Below, piece after piece: positions 12,818 through 25,822 of a DNA stretch of 64,000 nt. Every line of letters begins with the position of its first letter. Position 1 is the first letter of the stretch. This DNA is from Podarcis vaucheri (Eukaryota): NCBI GenBank assembly GCA_965113315.1, contig OZ220364.1; one strand, given 5' to 3'. The notes beneath the pieces are model-generated. The model did not search any database, was not told where the DNA came from, and saw only the letters and a list, made by a program, of their open reading frames with translations. The position numbers and the translations under genes are program-made.

Positions 12818-13809
12818 GTCTATGGCAATTTAAATATGTGTGTGTGGGAATGTTATTAAGATTCCTCTCCCCCCGTTATTGTTTTATTGTCTTTTATTAT
12901 TATGCAATGCAAATTCTGTTTTTAATGTTGTACACCGCCCTGGGATCTTCGGATAAAGGGCGGTATATAATTTTAATAATAATAATTGGAGCGGGTTCAC
13001 TGAAGCCCACTCAGATCCACAGCCCGCACATTTCGGTGCTTCAAGCCTACACCCCCCCACCGAAGCAAGGAAGGCGGCGAACACGTGTTTGAGAGCGGGC
13101 GCGCGCCCGGCTCAGCCAATGGGGGAGCTGCATTGGGGCGCCCGCTCCGAGCTGAGGCGACCGACGCCCGGCGGCAAACCGGGATTTCGCGACCGTTTGC
13201 GAAATGGCGCCCTCTTCTTCTTCTGTTTACCCCGCTCCCCTTTCTCTCTAACCTGGGATTGGGAAGTTTGGGGGGGGGGGAGGCAGAAACCCTCGCGTTG
13301 TAGAGCTTGGGGAGTCGAAATTATAGCGTTGGTGCGCCTCCTCACAGCCTGAGGAGGGGGAAGGAGGAAGCCCCCTCCTGCAGCGCCCTCTCAACGGCAG
13401 TCTCGACGGTTAATCTGCCCCCCCCCCATTTTCCTGTCGAGCGCGCGCGCGCGCGCCGTTTCTCCTTTTCTCTCACCCGCCGGGGGGGGGTGCGGGTGGA
13501 TAGGGGGGGGAATAGGAGTAGGGGGGAAATAAAGGCGCGACTTTCCGGCCTCCTTGGCACACGCCCGGAGCTGCTGGGTCTCTTTCCCGGCCAGGCAGCT
13601 GCTCCCACCTCCTCCTCCCCCCCGCGCCTGTGGCGGCCCTTCCCCGCCTCGCGCAGCCCTCCGGGCCGCCTGCCAGCCGAGCCGAGCCTCCTCCCTCTCC
13701 CCGCCCGTCCCCCTCCCCGTGTGTGTGTGTCGAAAGGGACTGACGGAAAGATGGCCCCTCCTTCCCGCTCCCTCTCCCCGCCTCCCCCGCCAAAGACGAG
13801 GCCGAGCTG

Positions 13810-13820
13810 GTGTTTTTCCA
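13810..13820 (-). promoter_or_regulatory. TonE/ORE (NFAT5/TonEBP site)
   Basis: Minus strand TGGAAAAACAC matches TGGAAANNYNY, ~75 nt upstream of the TATA box. The mammalian TauT promoter is known to have a proximal TonE at about -110. Confidence 0.75.
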
Positions 13821-13891
13821 CTCAGCAGGATGGGTGATGCTCGGCGCTCGCTCATTAGACAACAGACACGAGAGGTCAGGAAGAAAGCGCT

Positions 13892-13897
13892 TATAAA
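13892..13897 (+). promoter_or_regulatory. TATA box
   Basis: gcgctTATAAAtta embedded in GC-rich sequence; Inr-like TTAGTCC at 13924-13930. Confidence 0.75.
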
Positions 13898-13919
13898 TTA
13901 CCGTTTCCTCCCTCGCAGC

Positions 13920-14022
13920 CCTGTTAGTCCGCCTTGGCACTCTCCCCGGGACACACGGGACAGACCCACGGGCAGCTAAGGCGCTGGACAGATACCTGGT
14001 CAGAGGGGTGCCGCTGCTACAG
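13920..14022 (+). other. SLC6A6: Candidate non-coding first exon of SLC6A6
   Basis: Starts ~30 nt after TATA; possible donor CAG|gtaccc at 14023 (alternative CTG|gtcaga at 13999); 3' boundary uncertain. Confidence 0.45.
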
Positions 14023-17000
14023 GTACCCGAGGCTCTTTTCCGAGGGATTTTTGATATAGATATATATTATTACATATATATTGGGAGAGCAAAGGCACAC
14101 AGGGAAGGACCTGAGCCCATCCTTCGCGGCTCTGCTTTCTCTCTGTCGGTGGCTCCCTTTTCTTCCTTTCTTCCTCGCTCTCCTTCCCTCTCTTTTCCGC
14201 TCTCCCTCGTAGCGCTTAGGAACAAAGGGAGTCGGCATATGGATCGCCTCTTGTCATTTACTGGAAAACGGGGAGCTACTCTGAAGAAAAGAAACGCTTC
14301 TTCCTCTTTCTAAGGGGCATCCCTCAGCCAAGGTGGGAAGCAAGAAATCCTGGCATCAGGGGGTGGGGGATTTTTTTGGCCAGGTTTCACCGTAGGCTGA
14401 GAAGCCCACCCACCTACCTTCCCTTATCCGACCCCCACCCCTTTCCCCCTTCCTTAGAGATTTGTATTTGTCCTTTGCTATTTACTTTTAGGATGCATTG
14501 CTTCTGTGCTTTTTTTTTGAGAGCGAGCGAGTGAGCGAGCGCATGGCGGTTTTCCTTTTGTCTGGTGCCCCCCCCATTAAAACGTGCATGCATGTGCACC
14601 TTTCTGGTTTGGCTGTATGGGGTCTCTCAGCAGTTACCTCTCTTCGCCGCCGCCGCCCTCCGACACCTTGTGTTAACTTTTAAATAACAGATAGCAGCTA
14701 AATGGAATTGTCTGCTGGTGCGGCTAACGCTTTCCTCCTAGTTTTAGTGCGTTTTCTGCCTTTGTATGTGTGGTGAGCATGTGCTTGGCCCTCCTCACTC
14801 CCTTCCACTTCTGTGCAGTGTGCGATTAAATTATATTTAAGCAGCGCTGTTCTCTGCATCACAGCTACTAAAAATCTACCAGAAAAGGCAAGCGTTAGCA
14901 TTGCTACACGATTGGTGTTAGTACATCTTTAACTGGACTGCAGTTGCCCTCTTGTGCACTCGTTCATTCATTTTTTGGGGGTTTGGAGTGGTGAAAGGAA
15001 AGGGATTGTGATACTCTTAGAAAGTTTGCTGGCAAGAACCGAATCTCCAGCACACTTCAGTGTCAATAAAGTGATTCTGGATTTCCACCGCTGTTCCTGG
15101 GATCAGAAGGCAGCACTAAGGTGATGAATATTCATCTGTGTGTGTGATCGTTTAACAAAAGGGAAGGATACAGACTTTTGAGGCAGCACCATCTAAATTT
15201 CCATATAAGAGCATGAGGAGGAAGGCACTTTGCATACGTGTAAGGATCAGCAGATGGCCAATTGAGGATATGCTTCTCTTTTTATACTGTTTTGTTTAGA
15301 GGAGAACAAAGTGTTCGTTACCTATACAACCTGTGTTTTACCAAGGTGAATGCCTGAACTAGACATTCTTATTACTGCTGCTGCCTAATGCTGAATGCTT
15401 TTGGGAGAAAAGACCATTATCTTTCATACAGACCTTATTTCTAAGTATGCATTCTTTAAGCTTACTGTCTTTAGTGTTCTAAAAATAAGTAATATATACT
15501 GCGAAATGAAGAGCCAGGTGTGATGGTGAAGAAACAGAGCTGCCTGTTTTGAAATCTTGAACGTCCTTGTAGCTCTTCCCAATGTGGATATAGAGCTTTG
15601 CTTATTCTTTTTTAAACATTCATAGTGACTAATTTTTAACCGTATCAGGAAAGGCATTAAGAAAGTGTGCCAAGAAAAGTCAGTTGTGCTTAATGGGCTC
15701 TTTTGGTATCCACTGTACTTTCTTGTTCCTCTGTGTTAAAGACTGTCTTAAGGGTTGGGCTGAAAGAACCAAATAGGTTTGTCATGTTAACAGGCTATGT
15801 AATTTGGAGTTGCTGCTGGCTAAGATTTTGAAATCTCTTATTTTTTAAAAGGATATTTTGTTTTTAGTGAATGAGCTTATTAAAAACGTGGGGTTATTCA
15901 TACACAGTGTTTGAGGGGAGGGAAATATAGCCCAGTCTAGGCCAGACCTCTGTGTCCTTGGCAAATGATTTTGTATGTCTAGATTTATATTTGAATAAAC
16001 AAATAATCTCTCTAGCACCATTTGACTTTGGAATGTGGTGGGAATATTTTCCTGGAAGACATTGCTTGGAAACTGATCTTTTACAGTAGGGATGGATTTT
16101 ACTTTGTACCGGAGATGAGCTAGTCATCTACTGTAATAACAATGTCATTTACTTAAGGCTTCAAATGCTGAAGGTGAACGTACTGTTCAGAGGGGGAAAT
16201 TATATGTTTGCTGTGGTGGTCTGTTTCTCTCTGTTTTCAATTTTACCTCTTTCTCCTTTAATCTTCCCAATATTGATCTCTCTTCTTTTTTAAATCTGTC
16301 ACTCCCTTTTGCTTTTCACCCTCTGCCCTCCAGTCACCTTCTACCCTCCCCCCAAGGTCTTTCATTTTCCTTTCCCACTTTCCTCTGCACTAATCTCTTT
16401 ATAGCACTGGCACCCAAGAATGACATAACCTTTGGCAGCCTGCAAAAGCAAGTGTGGCAAATAACATCCCATCCTGTAGGGGGCGGTATGTGAGATTGGA
16501 CCAGCAAAGACATTGTTACAGAATGGTAATGGGTGGGGGGAATAGGTTGTTGCTTTCCCCCCTGGGCTATATCATGGATGGGCTCCAGTATGCAAACTTA
16601 GACAGAATTATCTTCAGAAATCTCTTAATTGCATTGGATAGAACTGTGTAATTCCAGGATGAGGCCTATAGAATATTAGAGAATTAGTAAGTGAACAAAT
16701 GGCCGGAAGTCTTGGTCTTTGAGCTGATCATAAAATGAGCAGCTTTGGTTAAAGAGATATAAGCAGGAGATTTTGGTATAAAGCTGAAGCAACTCTCCGA
16801 AGGCTAATTTAAAGTGGAGTAACTGAGTGCAATGTGATGATATCATTTAGGTATTGTTTTTTTGCCATGATGGAATAAAATATCATTAGAATTTCTTCTG
16901 TTCCTCTTTTCTTATGGGAAGGGGAGAATGGACTGAGACATAAGAGTCTGATAACTGATTAATGGGGGAAATGAAGAAATGCCTGATGAGAATACTAAAA

Positions 17001-17732
17001 ATAGGTGAATGAGGTATAGACCTGTCAGAATCTTGTTGCTTCATTAGGGCTTGGGTGAACTATAAGCCTCTCTTTCAGGGTTATTTCAGTAAAGGTTTTC
17101 CAGTCTCACAGTGACTTCTCAAATATGGCCCACAGGGTACTGAGGGCAAAACTACGCATGACTTTGGAGCTGTGTGATTGGAACTTTTGATGTTCTATTT
17201 TCTAATGTAATGTAATTGAAGTGAGGCTGCCAATTAGATTGGTCAAGCAGCACTTGGGAAGTCTATTCACCCCTTTTCCTACTGCACCATACTTCAGTCA
17301 AAAGCACACATCCTATGCTGTTGTTTGCTCTGTGGTGGGAAATAAGGGCATTATAAAATGTAGTATTGTGAGTGATGTGGTTTTGTGCTTTGTTTTTTGG
17401 TGCAGTTTTTAGTTTGATCATTTGTTTTAATTATTGGGTTATTGTTATTTTAATGTTTTGCATTTCTGTTTGTGAAAGCCGGTTTGAGCACCTCCTTTTG
17501 TGGAGGGGGAAAGTGGGATATATATAGCCTTCATTCTGCCTCCCAAGATTTTTTGAGGGATTTAAAACTGCTGTATCTAGAAAAGTGTAACTAGAAGCCT
17601 TTTGTTGAATAGAGCCTACGTGTTAAGAATGTCAGGATAGGCATTCATGCTCATAAGTGGGTGGCCAAATTGTGGCTTGGTTGCACCTAGTGTCAGAGTT
17701 TGTGGCATTTCTGGACAATAGCCAGAGAGCTA

Positions 17733-17860
17733 TTGTTGTTGTTTAGTCATGTTCGACTCTTTGTGACCCCATGGATCAGAGCACGCTGGGCACTCCTGTC
17801 TTCCACTGCCTCCCGCAGTTTGGTCAAACTCATGTTAGTAGCTTCGAGAACACTGTCCAA
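17733..17860 (-). mobile_element. BovB 3' terminal fragment
   Basis: Reverse complement of the last ~135 nt of the 63.3-63.8 kb copy, (TTG)n tail, imperfect TSD AGAGA(G/A)CTATT. Confidence 0.9.
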
Positions 17861-20800
17861 TAGAGAACTATTAGGTTTGACTATTGAAAGGAGCCAAAAT
17901 CACCCCAAATCCTGGAAGTAGCCTATGTCTTGAAAGGTATGCTAGTGTTGCACTGTCTCACACTTTGTGCTTGACTTGTGGTGCTTTTACCTTAAAGGTT
18001 GCCTGTCAGTGTTCTAATTGATCATTACACTTGGGAATGGGAAGGATTTCCCCCACTTCCAGGCTGGTGAACATGGTGGGAGGGAAGTGATTTCCTTCCC
18101 TTGGAATACATGGATTGGATTACTTGTCTGAGCAGCATCATGTTGTGAAAATGTTCTGTACTTGCTTGAAGGCATCATCACTGTTATGTTTGCTGCTTCT
18201 CTGTGCATGTGACACATCTTTTACAAAGTGAGGCCCAATTAAGACACAGCAGTAGGGGTGCTGTTGAAATGTATCTGTGGAATTGGGGCTCCACACAGCT
18301 GTTTTAATGTCTACAATCAGCTCCCCACATGTATCAGTGGGATTGTGTGGCCATCCCTCAAGTCAGCAACAAACCTTTCTAATATCTGTATCTAAATTCT
18401 ATTTGTCATATCCAACAGAATAAAAAATACATTTTTGTTTTCAGTGTGGTAGTGTAATTGACTCTGTGAAGTAATTGATCTTCAAGAAAATAATGATGTG
18501 GCATAGACAGACATCATATTGCTATTATGCCCTGGGGAGGAAAGAGGTTATGAAATATCCTGTGATACAGATCTGAGTTTAATCTCGTATATAATTTACT
18601 AAACCATAAATTCAGGACATCTCAATAGGACAAGACACTTTTCCAGTACACAATGCTGAAAGTGGCTGGCGTTGTTTTGGTAAATGTTTGTAAATTAATG
18701 TGAAAAGAAACTGTTCTATGGAAATGGTTCAAGATGCTGCTAGTCTTTGATATCGTCTGATGATCACATGACTTAAGTGCTGAAGTAGTGAGATAAGATA
18801 CTGTGCTTGACACAAATGGTGAAATGGTGGTGGAATGGTAGAGGGGATGTGGAGCATCTGGATGTTCAGATCTCAATATTTCAGAATCCTGTTGCATATG
18901 GGAAGAATGGTAGGAGAGAAAGGAAGTAACCTTGTTGTTCTTGCTCTTGAAAGAATGTTATATGTTGTTTATTATATAGCATGTGATAACCCAAAACAAG
19001 CCTACACTAGTACTTATCTTCCCCATATAGAATGCCCCTCTTGCTACCCTGCTACCATAGAAAAGGCACACACACAAATATATAAAGAGAGAAAGGACAG
19101 AAGAAGGAGAGGAGGGAATATGAATGCAAGTTAAGTTGTGGGAGAAGACAATAGGAGTCAAAAGGACCACTAAAGTATTTTTTAATCAATAAACTCAAAG
19201 TAGTTACAGGATTGTGAAAACAAGATCATGTAAAGCCATCTGCATCCTGCAAATGTCACGTGTAGTATGATGATAAGTATATATGCACTAACGTTTCTGA
19301 AAACAAGCTTGGTTCTCCCCACTCCCCTTCCTTCCTTTGAACCATTTCAGTGGAGGTGGCAAGGGGTGGGGATTGGGAAGGCAAGAGATTTGGGGAGCGG
19401 GACTAGTGTCCTGAGAAGGAGTCCCTCCTTCTGCTCAAACCTCCTCCTGAACAACTTCTCTTCAGAAAACTGAGCGGGGGAAGGCTAGAGACTGTGCTTG
19501 GGGAACTTGTGATCTTGAGCTGGGAGACAGCGCCACCTAAATGCCCTATTCCCCTAGTAACTAGGCAGGAGAGCAGGAAGTATCCCTGCTTAAGGGGGAG
19601 GAACAGTTCTTTTGTGGTATCAGCAGCCTGCCCTCAACTCAGATTTCTTTGCACACCTAAGGAACAGAGGAGAGAAGCCTGAGACAATGGCTGCTGATGT
19701 CACAAGGGCATTCTTTCCCCGCTACCCTCCCACCTGTAGCTAACATTGGAACAGGGACAGGCTGCCCAGAGGAAGGTGAAGTAGGCAGAGACATGAGGTA
19801 AGGATAAAGGCGAGGCAGTGGGCAGAGGTAAAAGCTCCAGCTCCCTAGTGACTGAGGAGGAAAGGCCGAAGAAAGGAGCTAGAAATCCAACACGGCTTGA
19901 CCCACTCATTTAGCTTCATTGTTTCATATTTTTGTCTAACATTTATCTACTTAGCCTGCCTCTGTTTCTTTCTATACGGTCTTTTTGTTCCCATTGTTGT
20001 AAGTCTCATCAACCAATGAACAAGCATCCTCAGCATTTATAACAGTTTTTAGATGGGGGGGAAATGAAAGCTGACTATAGGGTGGGGGCCGTGAAAGCCT
20101 TGCTAGCAAGGCAAAGCTACACAAAAGTGCCATGGCAGCAGGATGCTCCAGCTCTGCTAACCAGCTTCCTTTCCACCAGATATGTAAGTATTCCTCAGTT
20201 AAGCAGGGCTTAAAGGCCAGAAGCAAATATCTACTACTACTGCACTGCTCTTATTAATAATATTTATTGGTTGCTTTGCTCATAGAAGTAACTCAAAGGA
20301 CAATTAGGTCTGTCTGCAGTACAAAATACTTTATATGTAGCAGTAGTAATAATCACGATTATATACTTCTGGGCACCCCCTCCTGGTGCATTTCAGTTTT
20401 GTCCCATTATTTTCTACTTTTGCCTTCAAGCTCAAACATGATTCTAGCAGGGATTGATTATTTTTTTCCTCGTGGCAAGTTAAAGCCTGTTCATATATAG
20501 TTTAGGGCAGCCTTCTCTGTATACTTCTTCCCTGTCTCTGCATCCTTACAAAATTAACTTTGCTTTGCTAGTGCAGCTGTGAATGTGAGCTTGCTTTGTA
20601 GATGCAGCTTGCCTCAAGACTTTTGCTTCATAGAAGCACTGCATGTGTGCCCTGTCCCTAACAATACTCTTAACGTTTCAAGCAGAGGCTGTTGTCTAAT
20701 CCCAGATAAAAGCACTTTCTGCTGTTAAGGTCTGCTTTACAAATAATCACTTTTCAAAAATATATACACCAGTGCCAAGGTCTCCAACTCATATGTGTAT

Positions 20801-23237
20801 GGTGTGAAACTTTCATTTGCCATTGTGTAAGATGTGCAACTGTCCCAGTACTCATAAGAGACAATGCACAGGTATGCCAGTCTCTTCAATGGGCTGGGAG
20901 CCTTATTGAACTTACTGGAGCTTGTTTAAATCATGTTAAGTCGATTTGTTTTAAATTACAGTGGTACTTATAAATGTCAAATATTTAAAAATGATTTCTT
21001 GAGGGGAATGAAATGTCTGAAAAACAGTGCCATCTATTCTCATTCAAGATGTGTCCTGTACTGTATCTCTGAATAAACTGGGGTTTGAATATTAATTATA
21101 TTTTATCATTGACTTGTGACTTTCCTTTTAAGAGCAAGTTGGCTTGTTCAACCAGAGAAAGTAATAATACTGTTTTTTTCAATGCTGAATTGATTCTTTT
21201 AAATTATTATTTATATCATTATTATTTTTAATTTTATTGTTATTACTAATGCAACTACTTTTAGTTTTAACAATATCATCATCACCACCCCACCACCATT
21301 ATCATTTTATTTAATTATTGTTAATTCAGAAAATTATTCCAGATGCTGCAGAGGTTCAAGTTCTAAGAGCTTGCAGTAGCTTAGACTTAAATATATTTTC
21401 CACCTAAGGCAAGTTATAGAAAGATAAAAATAACACCAAGAGCTACAATGTTTCAAGGTCCACAGAATGAGAAGCCCAGCTCTGTGGCTTTGTGATATAC
21501 ATTTGTGTTCAAATTGTTCTGATTTTTTTCAGTTTTATACACACTGCCAAGTTTAATAGACCTGTTAAACTGTTGAAACTGAATGTAGAATAACTGCACA
21601 TTCCCACATATATCCCCTTGCCTAGCAGAAACAAAGTGTATTTTTAATGGACAAGTAGCTTCTAGCGCCCTGTATGAATTACTTTAGCTTTAGCCTGGCA
21701 TGCACAACAAATTTTATAGTAGTTAACTCCAGTTGCAGCTGGAGGAATTTGTTTTCTACATTAGGACTGCCTTTAGACTTAATGAAACCCAGCTTTATAG
21801 CTGCTCAGCCTATATCCAAGCCACGCTTAAGTACACAATAGTTTGACTATAGCATTGAAACTACACTGCAGCCTGATGTTGTGTATACTCCAAACATTTA
21901 AAGCAAATTCTCCTCTACCCCCAAATAATCCTGGTAATCCTGAAGGTATTTGTTAAGGATGTCAAGAATTGTGCTCTGTGAAGGGTAAACTACAATTCCC
22001 AGGATTCTTTGGACAGATGTGCTTTAAATGTTTGGTGTGCACTTGCAGAAGTGACTCAATACACCACATCCTGCCGTGGTAAGTACAGAAGAGGTGTTTA
22101 GCTATTTTAATAGAATACACCTAGGCAGCTTATTTTCAGTTAGAGACTGTCAGGACACGAAATACACTTTGTTACTATCTCTACTTCTTCCCCATCTCTT
22201 GCAGAACTGCACAAATTCCTTAGCACAGATTATTTTAACTCTTGCTTATAGATAAGACTTCAGGCTGCTCCCAGAATGTGGGCATTAGAAGAACAATGTA
22301 GTAGAGGCCTGTCAAAACTGCAGACTTGGGGAGAAATTTGATGCCTTGGTACTCTTCAGTTTCCAATCCCATTCTCTCTGCCTTCCAGTCCACCCTCTCA
22401 TACTTGAGCCAGCTCCCTGCCCTATGCCAGCAGAATCCGCTATAGGACCCAGAGAGGGTATTTGCTTTGCAGGATCTAACTAGGTACCGGTAGTTGAGAA
22501 CCGTTACAGAGTTCTGCTGATCCCTGTACCTATTTGCAGACTAGGTCTCTGGCAAGAAGAGATCCAGAAACAGTTGCTGTGCCCCAAAGCCAGAAATAGC
22601 GTTCAGTGGTAACGCTGAAGCAGAAGGTATGAGGCTCAGACCCCGGCATCTCTAGATTAAAAAGGACCAGGTAGAATGTTGTGAGAAATACTTCTTCCCG
22701 AGACTTTGAAGAGCCACTGCAAGTCAAGAGTGCATAATACTGGGCTAACTGGACAAACTTACCTGGTGTAAGGCAGCTTCTTATGTTCCTAAGCTGTTTT
22801 TCAGCTTTTCATTTTTCAAGACTAAAAGATCAGAGTCCCTACTGTAGGCCACAGAGGACCTTTCGGTGCTAGAAAATGGCTGTAAACAATGGAGATCCTA
22901 GACAGTGATGCACAAACAAATCCCAGGGAAAGTGATAAGCCTCCCTGTCTTGCTGCAGGAACTTAATTTTTCTGGATCTTAAGTGTGACTTTTGAGACAG
23001 TTTGCCAGAATTTCATTTTTTTAAAACTGGCACATTGTATGAAAGATTAAAGCGGAAAATTAGGGAGGAACAGTTGCCTGGTAGTGCAGACTCTGTTGTT
23101 ATCTGGAGTTCTTAAACACACATGTTGCATTCATATCTGGCAGGATTATGTCCATATTTTCCCCTCCATTAGCATCTTATTTTTTGTTTTGTTTTGTTTT
23201 TGTTTATTTTATTTTATTTTTTCTTTTTCTGAAACAG

Positions 23238-23271
23238 GAAGAGAAAATCCATTCTGGAGAGACTTCTTCAT
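23238..23271 (+). other. Candidate 34-nt 5'UTR micro-exon
   Basis: Long T-rich tract ending gaaacag| and donor CAT|gtaagt. Confidence 0.3.
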
Positions 23272-25774
23272 GTAAGTGTTATTAATGCTCATTAATGAAA
23301 ATAGCGAAATATTAGCAGTGCAGCTCAGATGTTCCAGAATTCCAGATGTTCACCATCTGCTCATAGGACAGTAAAACTGCTTGCAGAAAATAAGCTACTG
23401 TCATGTAGTGATAAATACTCAGCATTATTATTATTATTTATTATTATTATTATTATTGGGTGGGAACTACATAAGAATTGGGGCTGCTGGACATGGATGT
23501 CTGCTCCCTCTAGCAGAGCCTTTTCTTACTCCTGTGTAAAGTTAAGGTGATCTGTGATCAGAACATGTGCACAGATCATCCCATTCTGGATCAGTGTTTT
23601 GTTTTGCATATATTCTTACCAACTTTGTGAAGTGGGGTTCCTATTGTTTCAAATTTACAAAATAGTGGTTGAGAGAGCAAGTGATTTGGGCCAAACTAGA
23701 AATGCTGCTGTTAGTAGTAGTAGTTATTGTCGTTGTTGTAGTATTAGTAGCCAACAAACTCTGACTTGAATTTACAGTTTGACAAAAGTGCTGGGTTTCA
23801 TGTGAACAAGTAGGTAACTGCTATTGCCCTCATTTTAGAAATAGAAGTTGATGAAGAGTAATCAGCACTGCAATCACAGGTACACTTACTAGAGAGTAAG
23901 TCCTTTCTCTCTCTTTGAACTACATGGGACTTACTTCAGAGTAAATATGCTTAGGATTGCACTGTAAGAGATTTCTCCAAGGCCATAGATCAAATCAGTG
24001 TACGAGCTCAGTATAAATTTTTCTGCTGCCATTCCTGTGCTGAAATACACTTTGTTTTTCTTGGATTATATAACATAATCCAAGTTAGTATTTGCAAAGT
24101 TGGCGTGTGCATATGTGCGTGTGGCCTCAGTATGTAGATATTGTAAGCTTTTTCTACGATTTCTTGGCATTACTTGTTGACAGCCATGAATATAAGTATA
24201 TATAGACAATTACCAGTCCCCTTCCCCTTCAAAGAACAGCAACAGGATGCAGTCAGTCTGCTGATCTATGTATCACAGGGCAGTTTGAGGTCTGGCAAAC
24301 CATTTATTTACATGAAACAGTGACTCACCCTGGATGAATGAGCAAGAGTCTTAACCACTAGGTTGTGCTAGAGAGCCAGTCCCAGCAGCCATCAATGTTG
24401 TTTTTTTTAGTTGCATTATGCAACTCCTTTTACTAAATGTTCCCTTCCTCTGCATGAGCATCATTCTCAGACCAAATGGAGCAGCAGGTTGCAGTAAAAC
24501 AGTTGTATATTCTGCTCATGGACTGGGCTTACTTGCAAATTCTGGCTGGTTACTTACAAAGATGTTGTCTAAGCCCATAAGTTTGGGTACACCCACTAAG
24601 ACTTTACACCCATGCACACATACCCTTCTAAATAGTAATAACCATGCCGTATCTCAAACTGCTTATGAGTTTCCCTTCAGTTTAACCATGCATTGAGAGG
24701 GCTGCTGTTTGCGAAACACAGGACTAAAGAACTCCTTGGACACATTATACTAGCTGCACAGTTCTTTTGAAAATTTGTCTCTGTGTTCAAAAACATAATT
24801 AAATTTGTAAATTTAATAAAGGTAAGGATTCACTTAGGTTTAAGTTTTTTGTTTTTGTTTTGATGGAGCAGAATCTGCTTTGGAGAGGAAAATTATTGCA
24901 TTCCTTTGTAGTATGGAGTCTGTTTTATATGACATTCTCTGTGCACACTGTCCGTAACTCAGTGGCAAACTCAGGAATGTTAGCCCTGGGTAAAGGTCTA
25001 ATAAAACAATAGGTTTTTGTTTTTTTAAGTAAGTATTTAGCTATAGTGCTGCCCTATATTTGCATAACAATGGGTTCATGTAGCTAAAAGCTATGGTAAC
25101 AAATGTTCTTATGGGGCTGAAGTTCTAGTTGAGCTAGAATAAAAAGCAGCTTGTGCAGCACACTCTCCATAGGTAATCATTTCTGTGCTGAGTACCTCCA
25201 TTTGTAGAGGCAAATTTGATTGAAAACATCTTTTGCCTTCAAGCCATGGCCTTGTTTTGCATGATAAACTAGCAGTGCATTCAGATTTAAGGGAACATTG
25301 CAAAATATTGTGATGAGGAAAATGGAAGAATTTCCTCCTTTCTGCCTTAATTCTCAACAGATGTGGGTATAGGTTTGGAAGATTTCCCTCCTTGCCTCCT
25401 CCTCTTGGGATGTATGAGATGCCTGCCAGCCACATCATAGGCTAGTCTTTGCCAACTTAGTACCCCCCAGCAGTGAGAGGAGTTGTAGGTGAACATCTGA
25501 CCATTGGTGATTCTTGCCGGAGCTGAGGGGATTTGGAGTGCCAACACCATCTGGAGGACACGAGCTTGGGGAAGGCTGCCAAAGGCAGGCCATCCCAGGC
25601 CATGGTTAGCCAATTAGAGAAATGGACGATAGAACCCCATTTTGTGTGTTTTTCCTACTACAGTACAGCGGCACACAGTCCATTTGCACATTTCATCCTC
25701 TGCAATACAACATGCAAAGGTCCCAACAGATGCCATTTAATAAGATGTTTCTCCATGGGAGCAGTGTTTAAAGT

Positions 25775-25822
25775 GCTCACTGTCATTATTGCCACCTCGC
25801 TCACTGTCATTATTGCCACCTC
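25775..25822. repeat. Perfect 24-bp tandem duplication
   Basis: GCTCACTGTCATTATTGCCACCTC x2. Confidence 0.9.

Larger units (their letters stand above)
13020..14250. promoter_or_regulatory. CpG island / SLC6A6 promoter
   Basis: Only extended non-repeat CpG-dense, GC-rich block in the window; contains GC-box-like tracts, CCAAT, TonE and TATA motifs. Confidence 0.9.

Noticed and set aside
13085-13979. Cluster of long overlapping ORFs (up to 176 aa) on both strands
   Set aside because: Low-complexity Pro/Arg/Gly translations caused by stop-codon scarcity in a CpG island; no recognisable protein
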